Shown: positions 55,541 to 64,000 of the stretch, piece after piece | Layout: the number at the start of each line of letters is the position of its first letter | How positions within the stretch are numbered: position 1 is the stretch's first letter | NCBI GenBank assembly: GCA_905235285.1 | Contig: CAJOLI010000013.1 | Location: 6,116 to 70,115 of the forward strand | Length of the DNA stretch: 64,000 bases | Direction: 5' to 3' | From: an uncultured Bacteroidaceae bacterium | GTDB lineage: Bacteria; Bacteroidota; Bacteroidia; Bacteroidales; Bacteroidaceae | The notes under the pieces: model-generated | Databases searched by the model: none | Seen by the model: only the letters and a program-made list of their open reading frames with translations | What the model was told of the DNA's origin: nothing | Made by a program: the position numbers and the translations under genes

Positions 55541-55548
55541 TAACTTTG
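55541..55548 (+). promoter_or_regulatory. -7 promoter box TAACTTTG for purL
   Basis: Exact match 35 nt upstream of the ATG at 55583. Confidence 0.5.
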
Positions 55549-55582
55549 CAGCGCAAAAACAGGAATCTAACACTTTACCACA

Positions 55583-58500
55583 ATGGCCATCTCCTTTTTC
55601 CGAACACCTCAAAGTATCATTGCTACGCAGGCTGACCACCAGCTCACATTAGACGAAATAAACAGACTCGCCTGGCTCTACGGCAACGCCGAGCACCTGC
55701 AGGACACTGCCCTCGAAGGTTTCTTCGTAGGGCCACGACGCGAGATGATTACGCCATGGAGCACCAACGCCGTAGAAATCACACAGAACATGGCAATCAA
55801 CGGCATCACACGCATAGAGGAATATTTCCCCGTCGACAGCGCCGACGCCGACTACGACCCCATGCTGCAGCGCCTCTACAACGGACTCTCGCAGCAAATC
55901 TTCAACGTCGACATAGAGCCCGCGCCGATACTCAAGATTGAGAACCTCGAGGAGTACAACGAACAGGAGGGGCTCGCACTCTCACCTGAGGAGATAGACT
56001 ACCTCCACGACATAGAGCGACAGCTCGGCCGACAGCTCACCGACAGCGAGGTCTTCGGCTTCGCGCAGATCAACAGCGAGCACTGCCGACACAAAATATT
56101 CGGAGGCTCTTTCGTCATCGACGGCAAAGAGATGCCAAGCAGCCTCTTCGCCATGATAAAGCGCACAACACAGGAGAATCCACACAAAATCATCTCGGCA
56201 TACAAGGACAACGTAGCTTTCGCACAAGGACCCGTCGTAGAGCAGTTCGCGCCCGCCGAACATGCCACCAGCGACTTCTTCCGAGTGAAGGAAATAGAGA
56301 GCGTCATAAGTATCAAGGCTGAGACACATAACTTCCCCACTACCGTCGAGCCCTTCAACGGCGCTTCAACAGGTACTGGAGGCGAGATCCGCGACCGCAT
56401 GGGAGGCGGCACAGGCTCTTGGCCTATCGCAGGAACGGCCGTCTACATGACCAGCTATCCCGCCGGAGGCCTCAAAGGCACGATGTCTCCACGCCACTGG
56501 CTCTATCAGACGCCCGAGCAGATCCTCATCAAGGCCAGCAACGGAGCCAGCGACTTCGGCAACAAGTTCGGACAGCCTCTCATCGCAGGCTCTGTGCTCA
56601 CCTTCGAGCACGAAGAGAACGGCGAACAGTATGGCTACGACAAGGTCATCATGCTCGCCGGTGGCGTAGGCTACGGCACCAAGCGCGACTGCCTCAAGGG
56701 CACGCCCGAGAAGGGCAACAAGATTGTGGTCGTAGGTGGCGACAACTATCGCATCGGACTCGGTGGAGGCTCCGTCAGCTCAGTAGACACGGGGCGATAC
56801 TCAAGCGGCATAGAACTCAACGCCGTGCAGCGCGCCAACCCCGAGATGCAGAAACGAGCCTATAACCTCGTGAGATCGCTATGCGAAGAGGACGTGAACC
56901 CCGTCGTCAGCATACACGACCACGGCTCCGCAGGGCATGTCAACTGCCTCAGCGAACTCGTAGAGGACTGCGGAGGACTCATAGATATGTCCAAGCTGCC
57001 TATCGGCGACCCCACTCTCTCCAGCAAGGAAATCATTGCCAACGAAAGCCAGGAACGCATGGGACTGCTCATCCAGGAAGAGCACCTCGAACACGTGCGC
57101 CAGATTGCCGAGCGCGAGCGCGCGCCGCTATATGTCGTAGGCCAGACTACGGGCGATGCTCATTTCGCCTTCGAACAAGCCGACGGCGTACGCCCCTTCG
57201 ACCTCGACGTGGCCCAGATGTTCGGACATTCACCCAAGACGGTCATGGTAGACCAGACAGTGGAACGCCATTACGCTGACCCGTCATTCGCAGGCCAGGA
57301 GAAGAGCGTCTCCGACCTGCTTCAATCAGTTCTCTCGCTCGAGGCCGTAGCTTGCAAGGACTGGCTCACCAACAAGGTAGACCGCTCCGTCACCGGCAAG
57401 ATAGCACGGCAGCAATGCCAAGGCGAACTACAGTTGCCGCTATCCGACTGCGGCGTCGTAGCCCTCGACTACCGCGGGCGCAAAGGTATCGCCACAGCAC
57501 TCGGACACGCGCCGCAGGCCGGACTCGCAGACCCCGCAGCAGGCTCCGTACTCTCTGTAGCCGAGAGCCTCACCAACATCGTATGGGCACCGCTCACCGA
57601 AGGCCTCGACAGCGTCAGCCTCAGCGCTAACTGGATGTGGCCCTGCCGCTCACAGAAGGGCGAGGACGCCCGTCTCTTCAGCGCTGTAGAAGCTCTCTCC
57701 AATTTCTGCTGCGACCTCGAGATAAACGTGCCGACGGGCAAGGACAGCCTCTCCATGACACAGAAATACCCCGACGGCACTAAGATAATCGCCCCCGGAA
57801 CAGTAATCGTCAGCGCAGGAGGTGAGGTCTGCGACATACGCCACGTGGTAAGCCCCGTTCTTGCCGACGAGCCCAAGAGCGCACTATACCACATAGACTT
57901 CTCATTCGACCAGCTACGCCTCGGAGGCAGCGCCTGCGCACAGGCTCTCGGATATGTGGGCTCCGACGTGCCTACATGCACCAACCCCGAATATTTCCGC
58001 GACGCCTTCAACGCTGTACAGGAATGTGTCAAGCGCAAATTGATCCTCGCCGGCCACGACATCAGCGCCGGAGGACTCATCACCACACTCCTCGAGATGT
58101 GCTTCGCCAACACCAAGGGCGGCATGAAGATTAACCTGGTCAACTTTGAGACCGACGACATCATCAAGATTCTCTTCGCCGAGAACCCGGGCGTCGTCGT
58201 GCAGGTGGCCAACAAACACGAAGCGGCTTTCAAGGAACTCCTCGACGAGGCCGGCGTGGGATATATATATATAGGTACGCCTGCGCGCGAGAGGAGCTTG
58301 CGCCTGCGTAAGGGCGACTTCGAGGAGACGCTCGACATCGATGCCCTGCGCGACATCTGGTACCAGCCATCACACCGCCTCGACAGCCGTCAGAGCATGA
58401 ACGGATGCGCCGACCAGCGCTTTAGCAACTATAAGCATCAGCCGCTGCAGTGGAAGTTCAAGCCCCGGTTCACTGGCAAGCTCAGCCAGTATGCTATCGA

Positions 58501-59425
58501 CCCCGACCGCTGGCGCTATGCCTCCACCCCATCCTCCGCTGATGCCCTTGGTCAAGCTCCCAGCGGTCCGTCCGCCAGGGTCTCCATCCCCACCCCTTCC
58601 TCCGCTGATGCCCTGGGTCAAGTTCCCGGCGGTCCGTCCGCCGGGGTCGCCACCCCCCGCGCCGCCATCATCCGCGAGAAGGGCACCAACGGCGAGCGTG
58701 AGATGGCCTACTGCCTCTACCTCGCAGGCTTCGACGTCAAGGACGTCATGATGACCGACCTCATCACCGGTCGCGAGACGCTCGACGACATACAGATGAT
58801 AGTCTTCTGCGGAGGCTTCTCAAACAGCGACGTCCTCGGCTCAGCCAAGGGATGGGCAGGAGCCTTCCTCTACAACCCCAAGGCCAAGGCCGCCCTCGAC
58901 CGCTTCTATGCTCGCCCCGACACGCTCTCCCTCGGCATCTGCAACGGATGCCAGCTCATGGTGGAACTCGGACTCCTATTCCCCGCCGGAGAGGAGAAGA
59001 AAGCACAGATGCTCCACAACGACTCCCGGAAGTTCGAATCAGCCTTCCTCGGGCTCACCATACCAGAGAACGACAGCGTCCTTTTCAGCTCTCTCGCCGG
59101 CTTCAAGCTCGGTATTTGGGTGGCTCACGGAGAGGGTAAGTTCCACCTGTCACAACCCGAGAACAAATACCATGTCGTGGCCAAATACTCCTACGGCGAG
59201 TACCCCGCAAACCCCAACGGCTCAGACTACAGCGTCGCCGGCCTCTGCTCGCCCGACGGACGCCACCTGGCCATGATGCCCCACCTCGAGCGAGCTATCT
59301 TCCCCTGGCAATGCGCCTACTACCCCGCCGACCGTCAGGACGATGACGTAACACCCTGGATAGAAGCCTTCGTCAATGCTCGCCTCTGGTGTGAGAAAAA
59401 AGCCCACACCAAGCCCTCCAAGTGA
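55583..59425 (+). CDS. purL: Phosphoribosylformylglycinamidine synthase (single-chain large PurL)
   Basis: 1280 aa with AIR-synthase-like repeats (HNFPTTVEPFNGASTGTGGEIRD) and a C-terminal glutaminase (AAIIREKGTNGEREMAY...LGICNGCQL...HGEG). It carries a 2 x 22-aa repeat insert in the linker. Confidence 0.95.
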   Translation: MAISFFRTPQSIIATQADHQLTLDEINRLAWLYGNAEHLQDTALEGFFVGPRREMITPWSTNAVEITQNMAINGITRIEEYFPVDSADADYDPMLQRLYNGLSQQIFNVDIEPAPILKIENLEEYNEQEGLALSPEEIDYLHDIERQLGRQLTDSEVFGFAQINSEHCRHKIFGGSFVIDGKEMPSSLFAMIKRTTQENPHKIISAYKDNVAFAQGPVVEQFAPAEHATSDFFRVKEIESVISIKAETHNFPTTVEPFNGASTGTGGEIRDRMGGGTGSWPIAGTAVYMTSYPAGGLKGTMSPRHWLYQTPEQILIKASNGASDFGNKFGQPLIAGSVLTFEHEENGEQYGYDKVIMLAGGVGYGTKRDCLKGTPEKGNKIVVVGGDNYRIGLGGGSVSSVDTGRYSSGIELNAVQRANPEMQKRAYNLVRSLCEEDVNPVVSIHDHGSAGHVNCLSELVEDCGGLIDMSKLPIGDPTLSSKEIIANESQERMGLLIQEEHLEHVRQIAERERAPLYVVGQTTGDAHFAFEQADGVRPFDLDVAQMFGHSPKTVMVDQTVERHYADPSFAGQEKSVSDLLQSVLSLEAVACKDWLTNKVDRSVTGKIARQQCQGELQLPLSDCGVVALDYRGRKGIATALGHAPQAGLADPAAGSVLSVAESLTNIVWAPLTEGLDSVSLSANWMWPCRSQKGEDARLFSAVEALSNFCCDLEINVPTGKDSLSMTQKYPDGTKIIAPGTVIVSAGGEVCDIRHVVSPVLADEPKSALYHIDFSFDQLRLGGSACAQALGYVGSDVPTCTNPEYFRDAFNAVQECVKRKLILAGHDISAGGLITTLLEMCFANTKGGMKINLVNFETDDIIKILFAENPGVVVQVANKHEAAFKELLDEAGVGYIYIGTPARERSLRLRKGDFEETLDIDALRDIWYQPSHRLDSRQSMNGCADQRFSNYKHQPLQWKFKPRFTGKLSQYAIDPDRWRYASTPSSADALGQAPSGPSARVSIPTPSSADALGQVPGGPSAGVATPRAAIIREKGTNGEREMAYCLYLAGFDVKDVMMTDLITGRETLDDIQMIVFCGGFSNSDVLGSAKGWAGAFLYNPKAKAALDRFYARPDTLSLGICNGCQLMVELGLLFPAGEEKKAQMLHNDSRKFESAFLGLTIPENDSVLFSSLAGFKLGIWVAHGEGKFHLSQPENKYHVVAKYSYGEYPANPNGSDYSVAGLCSPDGRHLAMMPHLERAIFPWQCAYYPADRQDDDVTPWIEAFVNARLWCEKKAHTKPSK
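58524..58648 (+). repeat. In-frame tandem duplication, period 66 nt (59-nt cores 54/59 identical)
   Basis: CCACCCCATCCTCCGCTGATGCCCTTGGTCAAGCTCCCAGCGGTCCGTCCGCCAGGGTC compared with CCACCCCTTCCTCCGCTGATGCCCTGGGTCAAGTTCCCGGCGGTCCGTCCGCCGGGGTC. The peptides are TPSSADALGQAPSGPSARV and TPSSADALGQVPGGPSAGV. Confidence 0.85.
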
Positions 59426-59492
59426 GCAAGGGGAATAGCTCCCTAATAAATATCGGTACAGCCACTACACCGTAACAAGCACCTTCCCGATA

Positions 59493-60095
59493 ATGTCTTC
59501 AACACCCCAAAGCAGCAACAGCCAAGCACAGCCCACGCCACGCCATGAGCAGAGACTGGGATGGAGCTTGTTCGCCACCTTCTTCCACATTGGTCTCTTC
59601 ACCATCGGTGGCGGCTACGCGATGATTCCACTTATCGAAGCCAAGATTGTCGATGAGAAGCAGTGGATTACACGCGAGGACCTGCTCGACCTGATGGCTG
59701 TGGCACAGTCGTGCCCCGGCATCTTTGCCGTGAACATAGCCATCTTCATAGGCTACAAGTTGCGAGGCACGCCCGGTGCACTCCTGACGACACTGGGCTG
59801 CATCATGCCTTCGTTCATCATCATCCTCGCCATAGCCCTCTTCTTCCGTCAGTTCCAGGACAGCCCGTGGGTGGCACGCGCCTTCAGGGGCATACGTCCA
59901 TGCGTCGTGGCCCTCATCGCAGCGCCTACATTCAAGATGGCCAAGACCGCCAAGATAGGATGGACCAACGTGTGGATTCCCGTTCTCGGTGCCTTCCTCA
60001 TCTGGATGTTCGGTGTCTCGCCCATCTGGATAATCGTTGCTGCGGGACTCGGCGGTTACCTCTATGGTAAATTCATAGCAACGCCACAACCCTAA
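59493..60095 (+). CDS. chrA: Chromate-transporter (CHR) family protein, short-chain half 1
   Basis: FFHIGLFTIGGGYAMIPLIEAKIVDEKQWITREDLLDLMAVAQSCPG. Confidence 0.8.
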   Translation: MSSTPQSSNSQAQPTPRHEQRLGWSLFATFFHIGLFTIGGGYAMIPLIEAKIVDEKQWITREDLLDLMAVAQSCPGIFAVNIAIFIGYKLRGTPGALLTTLGCIMPSFIIILAIALFFRQFQDSPWVARAFRGIRPCVVALIAAPTFKMAKTAKIGWTNVWIPVLGAFLIWMFGVSPIWIIVAAGLGGYLYGKFIATPQP

Positions 60096-60112
60096 TCCCT
60101 AATCCCTAATCC
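60090..60112 (+). repeat. Heptamer microsatellite (CCCTAAT)x3, complement of the GATTAGG repeat at 50824
   Basis: ccctaat ccctaat ccctaat cc. The first TAA (60093-95) is the stop codon of chrA half 1. TAA triplets at 60093, 60100 and 60107 fall in all three frames. Confidence 0.8.
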
Positions 60113-60121
60113 AACCTCATC

Positions 60122-60694
60122 TTGATATACTTTCAGCTCTTCTACACATTCTTCCTCATCGGCCTGTTCGGTTTTGGCGGTGGCTACGCTATGATTTCCA
60201 TGATTCAGGGCGAGGTCGTCACCAACCACCATTGGATGTCGATGGGCGAGTTCACCGACATCGTTGCCGTCTCGCAGATGACGCCCGGCCCGATTGGCAT
60301 TAACTCCGCCACCTACGTTGGCTATACGGCCATCGTAAATGCCGGCGGCCCACATTGGATGGGAATCCTCGGCTCGGCCACAGCCACCTTCGCCGTCGTC
60401 CTGCCGTCGCTCATCCTGATGATTATCATCTCCAAGTTCCTGATGCAGTACAAGAATCACCCCATCGTAGAGCACGTCTTTCTGGGGCTGCGTCCTGCTG
60501 TCGTCGGCCTCCTTGCCGCAGCCAGCTTACTTCTGATGACACCTGAGAATTTCTCCACGCCGAAGGAATCGCCGTGGCAGTTCTGGCTAAGCATAGCTAT
60601 CTTCATCGGGACCCTCGTCGCCTGTCAAGTCTACAAGCTCAGCCCCATCCGCACACTCCTCTTCTGCGCCCTCGTAGGAATACTTCTGTTTTAG
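60122..60694 (+). CDS. chrA: Chromate-transporter (CHR) family protein, short-chain half 2
   Basis: FFLIGLFGFGGGYAMISMIQGEVVTNHHWMSMGEFTDIVAVSQMTPGPIGIN. The start is a TTG. Confidence 0.75.
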   Translation: MIYFQLFYTFFLIGLFGFGGGYAMISMIQGEVVTNHHWMSMGEFTDIVAVSQMTPGPIGINSATYVGYTAIVNAGGPHWMGILGSATATFAVVLPSLILMIIISKFLMQYKNHPIVEHVFLGLRPAVVGLLAAASLLLMTPENFSTPKESPWQFWLSIAIFIGTLVACQVYKLSPIRTLLFCALVGILLF

Positions 60695-60719
60695 GGGGAT
60701 GGGTTAACGCAGTATTTCG

Positions 60720-62465
60720 TCATTCTATCAGGCCTGCCCTCAGCGCCCCTCGCTCTGCTATATCATAGACTTCCCACCCAAACATATTTGCCTCGCTGCG
60801 CAACGCCTCACGCTGCCAGCGAGGCAAACTTGCATCAAGCACTACGAGCGTCGGAGCATACACGGCTGAAAGAGCCTGCAAGCGCGCTCCTTCAAAACCT
60901 CTTGTAAGCCAGAGCACATCAACGCCAATCTTATTGTCTACATGCTGTCCGGCCACTAAACTCTCTTCTTCGCCATGGAGCATCACGGCCTTGAAACCGC
61001 CAATGGCCAGCGACTGTTGCCCTGTCAGTGTCCGTGGCGGCTCCGTAAGGCGTTTCTTCCAGAAAGAGGATGCGATATATCTCATCCCGACCTCCATAGA
61101 ATCAGGCTCGGGCATCAGCAACCAGCTACGCGACGGGTCTGCGATAACATGAAGAGCAGGACAACGCCAGTTGTTGTAGACCACGACCTGGGGCACAGCC
61201 TTACGGCTCCAGAAATCTTCGATGACAGCTCCCGGCAAGCCTACAGTAAAGCGCATCACAGCCAACTCTACGGCCACGAGCGCCGACAGGGCTCGCCCGA
61301 GCAGGGGCGTCAGGAAGCCACAAAATGGAATAACGCCTACAGCGAGCAGGATGACGGCTCCGTAGATAGTCACCGTTGTCAGAGGTATCACTATTATGCT
61401 CAAGAACGGAGCATACAACGGGATATGGTGGAAATAATACGCCACCAGAGGCAGCGTAAAGACCTGAGCGGACAGAGAAACAGAAAACAGCGACAGAGGC
61501 CATAGCAGATAATGGCGTTCAAGCCAGTAAGCCTGACGCCTGCAGCGGCTACGGAACCAACGGACGAACCTATGGTGGAGCACTAAAATGCCGGCCACGG
61601 CAGCAAACGAGAGCTGTGCGCCGACATCAAACAGGCTTACCGGCCTCACCAGCAGCATGACAAGAGCCGTAAGCACTAACCAATGCATCGACTGGGCGTC
61701 CCTGTTCAGGAGGCTGCCAAGCAGGAACACACTCATCATGAGCGACGCCCTGACTAACGATGTAGGCAATCCGGCTATGAAAACATAAGCCCATACAAAC
61801 AGGATGACAAGCATGGCTACTACAGGTCTCCACCGCGACAGACGCAGACGTCCGTTGAGCAACATAAGGAAAAGACCTACGATGACACTAAGATGCAACC
61901 CCGAGAGCGCCAGCAGATGACTGGCTCCGGCCGCAGAGTAGAGGTCGCGTGTCTCGAGGGTGAGCTGCGAGCGGTCGCCCAGCGTAGAAGCGACGATGAT
62001 GGCCTGAGCCTCGGAGTCCATGCCGGCAGCGGCGTAATGTCCTACGAGTAAGGCACGAATCTCAAGGGCTTTCTTACGAAGACGCCCCATCGCAGAGGTT
62101 TCATCGCCGACGCCCTGAATCCAACGCCAACGCACGTAGTCGAATTCATCAGGGTTGCCGTGGTTGACGGGCGGGTGGTCCATTGCGGCCCAGGCGGTCC
62201 TAACCTCCTTGGCATAAGCAGCATAATGTGCAAAGCCTACGGCGGCAAAGAAGAGCGCTACAAGCGCAGGAAACACGTAGTGCCCCACCCTGCTGCGAAA
62301 CTCCCGACGCCATAATGCGTAAGCCCCGAGAGCAACGACAAAACAAAATCCCCATGCGGCCACACCGAGCCACATGGGGATTTCGTATTTCTGGTAGAAC
62401 AGGCTATCGCTCACAATGATGCCGGCCGCAAGCGACAGGACTATCAACACGACGGGCCTACTCAT
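60720..62465 (-). CDS. comEC: ComEC/Rec2-family DNA internalisation membrane protein
   Basis: The competence-domain motif is LYSAAGASHLLALSGLHLSVIVGL. The protein is polytopic, 581 aa. Confidence 0.8.
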   Translation of the reverse strand: MSRPVVLIVLSLAAGIIVSDSLFYQKYEIPMWLGVAAWGFCFVVALGAYALWRREFRSRVGHYVFPALVALFFAAVGFAHYAAYAKEVRTAWAAMDHPPVNHGNPDEFDYVRWRWIQGVGDETSAMGRLRKKALEIRALLVGHYAAAGMDSEAQAIIVASTLGDRSQLTLETRDLYSAAGASHLLALSGLHLSVIVGLFLMLLNGRLRLSRWRPVVAMLVILFVWAYVFIAGLPTSLVRASLMMSVFLLGSLLNRDAQSMHWLVLTALVMLLVRPVSLFDVGAQLSFAAVAGILVLHHRFVRWFRSRCRRQAYWLERHYLLWPLSLFSVSLSAQVFTLPLVAYYFHHIPLYAPFLSIIVIPLTTVTIYGAVILLAVGVIPFCGFLTPLLGRALSALVAVELAVMRFTVGLPGAVIEDFWSRKAVPQVVVYNNWRCPALHVIADPSRSWLLMPEPDSMEVGMRYIASSFWKKRLTEPPRTLTGQQSLAIGGFKAVMLHGEEESLVAGQHVDNKIGVDVLWLTRGFEGARLQALSAVYAPTLVVLDASLPRWQREALRSEANMFGWEVYDIAERGALRAGLIE

Positions 62466-62489
62466 AAGTTTAGCCTCGCTTAAAGCGCC

Positions 62490-63185
62490 CTACCTATCAA
62501 TACAGGTAAGTTTCTTCAGTTCAAGCACTTCCTTGACGGGATCTGCTGAGCCATAGACGGCGCTGCCGGTGACATAGACATCGACACCCGCCTCGCACAG
62601 CGCAGGAGCCGTCTTGCGATTGACACCGCCATCTACTTCTATCAAAGCGGAAGAACCGCTTTGTACTATAAGTTCGCGCAGACGGCGCACCTTGTCCAAG
62701 CTGTGCTCGATGAACTTCTGTGCGCCAAAACCCGGGTTGACGGTCATCAGCATGACGACATCTACATCGCCGATAATATCCTCCAACGAGGAAACGGGCG
62801 TCGAGGGGTTCAGCGTCACGGCAGCACGCATACCGGCCACGTGAATCTGCTCTATGGTGCGATGCAGATGGACGCAAGCCTCCTGATGTACATTCATAAT
62901 AGCCGCACCGAGGTCGCGCACCTGTGAGATGAACTTCTCGGGCTGCACAATCATCAGGTGCACGTCAAGCGGTTTCGTTGTCAGACGAGCCACATGCTCC
63001 AGCACGGGAAAACCGAAGGAGATATTGGGAACGAACACACCGTCCATGACGTCAAGGTGCAACCAGTCGGCTTCCGACTGATTGAACCACTCCATTTCTG
63101 ACTTAAGATTAGCGAAGTCAGCAGCCAGCAAGCTGGGCGCAATAAGGTTGTGCTGGCCTGCGCCTTGTGTGCGGAGCTCTATCAT
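62490..63185 (-). CDS. rpe: Ribulose-phosphate 3-epimerase
   Basis: IAPSLLAADFANLKSE...LHLDVMDGVFVPNISFG...MTVNPGFGAQKF...VDGGV. Confidence 0.95.
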   Translation of the reverse strand: MIELRTQGAGQHNLIAPSLLAADFANLKSEMEWFNQSEADWLHLDVMDGVFVPNISFGFPVLEHVARLTTKPLDVHLMIVQPEKFISQVRDLGAAIMNVHQEACVHLHRTIEQIHVAGMRAAVTLNPSTPVSSLEDIIGDVDVVMLMTVNPGFGAQKFIEHSLDKVRRLRELIVQSGSSALIEVDGGVNRKTAPALCEAGVDVYVTGSAVYGSADPVKEVLELKKLTCIDR

Positions 63186-63346
63186 AGCGGACGTACGGCC
63201 CTGGCGCGGGCGCGGATATTATTTAAAGTAGAAACTTTAGGGGTACGAAGCTTACCGCAGAGGGAAGCGGCGAGGAGTGAGGCAGCAAGCTGTTTGGCAG
63301 TGAGAACGTGTTCCATCTGCACTGGTAGGAGTAGAGTTTGCGGCAT
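63182..63346 (-). CDS. Possible 54-aa upstream ORF translationally coupled to rpe
   Basis: Below the track length cut-off. ATG at 63344-63346, MPQTLLLPVQMEHVLTAKQLAASLLAASLCGKL...RAVRPL. Its TGA overlaps the rpe ATG (ATGA). No recognisable family. Confidence 0.2.
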   Translation of the reverse strand: MPQTLLLPVQMEHVLTAKQLAASLLAASLCGKLRTPKVSTLNNIRARARAVRPL

Positions 63347-63433
63347 AGGCTGATGCTTTTTATTGCTTATCTACTATCTAAACGTACTCACTTAACAATT
63401 TATTGTGCAAGTCTTCAAAAAAAATGCGTCATC

Positions 63434-64000
63434 TTATCGCACAACCTTCCTTACCGCGTCTCCCTGCTTTATGACAAGAATGCCGCGAGCGGGCACGTCC
63501 CACAGGTTGAAACGAGCTGTGGGAGCAGCATATACAAGGCGACCTGCGGCGTCGAACACGCGGGTGAGGCCGTCGTTGTTGTCCTGTGATCCGGAGTTAA
63601 TGTTACGAATGGCTGTGGCAATATACTCTGAACCATCGGTGAAGGTGACACGCGTGCCGTTGATTTTAACGTAGACGGCGTTCTTCTTGAGACCTCCTGC
63701 CATATCAGGCAATAGCCATTCGCGCGTGCCGTTTTCGCGGAAGACAAGGCGGATGGCGTAGTCGCCATTCGGATATGAGCCCTTCAAACTACAGCCAATA
63801 ACAGCGAATTCACCCTTGTAACCGTGTCCAGGGTCTAACGAAAGTCCTGGTACACGCCCGGTCTTCACTTCTCCGAGCATTGTGTTTGTCACATCGAACA
63901 GTCCTAGGCTGAGTTGCCATGAATGAGTCGAGCCATTGAGGTTCCAAACATTGGAAACAGAGACATCAAAGGTGACGCTCGTCTGGATGGTACCAGTCTG
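63434..64000 (-). CDS. Secreted protein with T9SS-type C-terminal sorting tail (partial, N-terminus beyond right edge)
   Basis: The frame of track ORF 63434..63892 stays open to position 64000. The C-terminus VFDAAGRLVYAAPTARFNLWDVPARGILVIKQGDAVRKVVR resembles a Por/T9SS CTD. Confidence 0.5.
   Translation of the reverse strand, partial: QTGTIQTSVTFDVSVSNVWNLNGSTHSWQLSLGLFDVTNTMLGEVKTGRVPGLSLDPGHGYKGEFAVIGCSLKGSYPNGDYAIRLVFRENGTREWLLPDMAGGLKKNAVYVKINGTRVTFTDGSEYIATAIRNINSGSQDNNDGLTRVFDAAGRLVYAAPTARFNLWDVPARGILVIKQGDAVRKVVR

Noticed and set aside
60090-60112. Telomere-like CCCTAAT / GATTAGG repeats as evidence of eukaryotic contamination or a linear replicon end
   Set aside because: The repeats are embedded between intact bacterial genes (one supplies a stop codon). 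Only 3 and 7 units are present, and the flanks are typical Bacteroidota sequence.
1-64000. tRNA, rRNA, tmRNA or riboswitch genes
   Set aside because: Scanning intergenic regions by eye found no T-loop (GGTTCGAATCC-like) or cloverleaf candidates, no rRNA-like conserved blocks, and no recognisable riboswitch cores. Absence cannot be proven without tRNAscan/Infernal.

Overview
High-GC Bacteroidota chromosome segment, probably Prevotellaceae-like. The evidence is SusC/SusD pairs, a hybrid two-component sensor, T9SS-type C-terminal tails, RprX/RprY, and TAnnTTTG -7 boxes upstream of most operons. All calls were made by eye from the sequence and ORF track; no database search was possible.

Layout:
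(1) 1-18.1 kb, minus strand: a large polysaccharide utilisation locus (PUL). Order of transcription is GH92, FAS1 protein, SusC, SusD, FAS1, FAS1, a second frameshifted SusC, and a second SusD that runs off the left edge.
(2) 18.3-22.6 kb, plus strand: the cognate HTCS regulator.
(3) 23.0-31.7 kb, plus strand: an operon of SGNH/sialate-O-acetylesterase-like protein, GH36, and two tandem GH27-like paralogues.
(4) About 31.7-32.7 kb: a low-GC junk island.
(5) 32.7-35.2 kb: GH95.
(6) 35.4-64 kb: mostly housekeeping genes. These are rhaB-like kinase, NUDIX, EamA, purD, hisS, GT2, mtaB, rpsF-rpsR-rplI, rprXY, GH33 sialidase, nusB-yajC-YbbR-coaE, PUR-like, purL, split chrA, comEC and rpe, plus a T9SS-tailed protein that runs off the right edge.

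No rRNA, tRNA or CRISPR array was seen.

Most interesting signal: several families of short GC-rich repeats sit inside or right next to coding sequence at permissive positions.
- A nested palindromic element is intergenic in the PUL operon and is also carried in-frame in the HTCS, just after its signal peptide.
- A 21-nt motif occurs in both orientations in the N-termini of two PUL proteins.
- A 66-nt in-frame tandem duplication lies in the PurL interdomain linker.

Other observations: heptamer microsatellites at gene ends that give stops in all frames, tandem-repeat 5' leaders, and apparent frameshifts in susC#2 and nusB that could be assembly errors.
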